The notes under the pieces are model-generated. The model worked only from the letters and a program-made list of their open reading frames with translations, made no database searches and was not told the origin of the DNA. Positions 63,480 to 64,000 of a stretch of DNA of 64,000 nt are shown here, piece by piece; within the stretch, counting starts at the first letter, position 1; each line of letters opens with the position of its first letter. Source of the DNA: Octopus sinensis (taxonomy: Eukaryota); contig NC_043006.1 in assembly GCF_006345805.1 (NCBI RefSeq), forward strand, positions 86,862,001-86,926,000. Direction: 5' to 3'. The translations under genes and the position numbers were made by a program.

Positions 63480-64000
63480 GTGCGCGTGCCTGCGAGTGTG
63501 CGCGTAAGTATGTATGTGTGTGGATGTGTGAGTGTGTCTGTGTGTATGTCTGGGTGGCAGTGTGTCCGATGAATGTATGTGAGTATGTGTGTATGTATGT
63601 GTGTGCATAGATGTATGTCCGTGTGTGTGTGTGTGTGTATGTGTGTGAGTGTGTATGTATGTACGTGTGGGTGTGGGGAAGTGTGTGTATGTGCATGTGT
63701 GTGCGCGTACATACAGGTGTGTGAGTGAGTGTGTGTGTGTGTATATATGTGTGAGTGTGTATGTATGTGTGTGTCGGATGCATGTATGTGTATGGGTGTA
63801 TGTATGCGTGTGTGTATGTATGTATGTGTACGTGCGTGTGTGTGTGTGTATGCGTGTAGGTGTGCGCGTGTGCATGCATGCATGCATGTGCGTATGTGTG
63901 TGTGTGTGTGCATGTGTGTGGGTATATATGTATGTGCGTATATGTGTGTGTATGTGCGTACATGTGTGTGTGTGTGTATGCATGTGTGTGTATGTAGGTG
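63480..64000. repeat. Complex (TG)n/(TATG)n low-complexity tract (also at 62910-63290)
   Basis: Read directly from the sequence. It is the source of the HT/VC-repeat ORFs at 63043-63983. Confidence 0.95.

Noticed and set aside
63043-63983. 306-aa and 257-aa His/Thr-rich ORFs
   Set aside because: These are (CA)n-type repeat translations, and the complex middle part matches no family I recognise.
39172-64000. Expected upstream aminopeptidase exon ending YPLPK-like
   Set aside because: No candidate with an open frame and splice sites was found by eye. It probably lies beyond the window, but a diverged exon could have been missed.

Overview
This is AT-rich, microsatellite-laden eukaryotic DNA. 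The SINE repertoire looks like Octopus (inferred from recalled repeat families, not from a search). No prokaryotic features, CRISPR arrays, rRNA or genuine tRNA genes were found. The only host coding sequence I can support is two minus-strand exons of an M1-family zinc aminopeptidase (ANPEP/ENPEP/ERAP/LNPEP-like). One is the GAMEN+HEXXH exon at 39020-39171 and the other is the WFGNLV...NEGFA exon at 565-678, separated by a 38.3-kb intron. No further upstream exon was recognised, so 39172-64000 is probably also intronic. The rest is mostly transposon debris: three tRNA-headed SINE families, RTE, CR1-like, R4/Dong-like and Penelope-like retroelements, a decayed Helitron helicase, DINE-1/HINE-like elements and MITEs. 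Two things stand out. (1) Four minimal type-I hammerhead-ribozyme-like motifs of the Penelope kind occur at three loci, including a near-identical head-to-head pair inside a ~400-bp-arm inverted repeat. (2) (TAA)n tracts act as insertion hubs, holding R4/Dong fragments, a fixed-length 556-bp unclassified element (4 copies), a SINE subfamily and HINEs. Almost all ORFs in the supplied track are simple-repeat or repeat-fragment artefacts. Coordinates of degenerate repeats are approximate.
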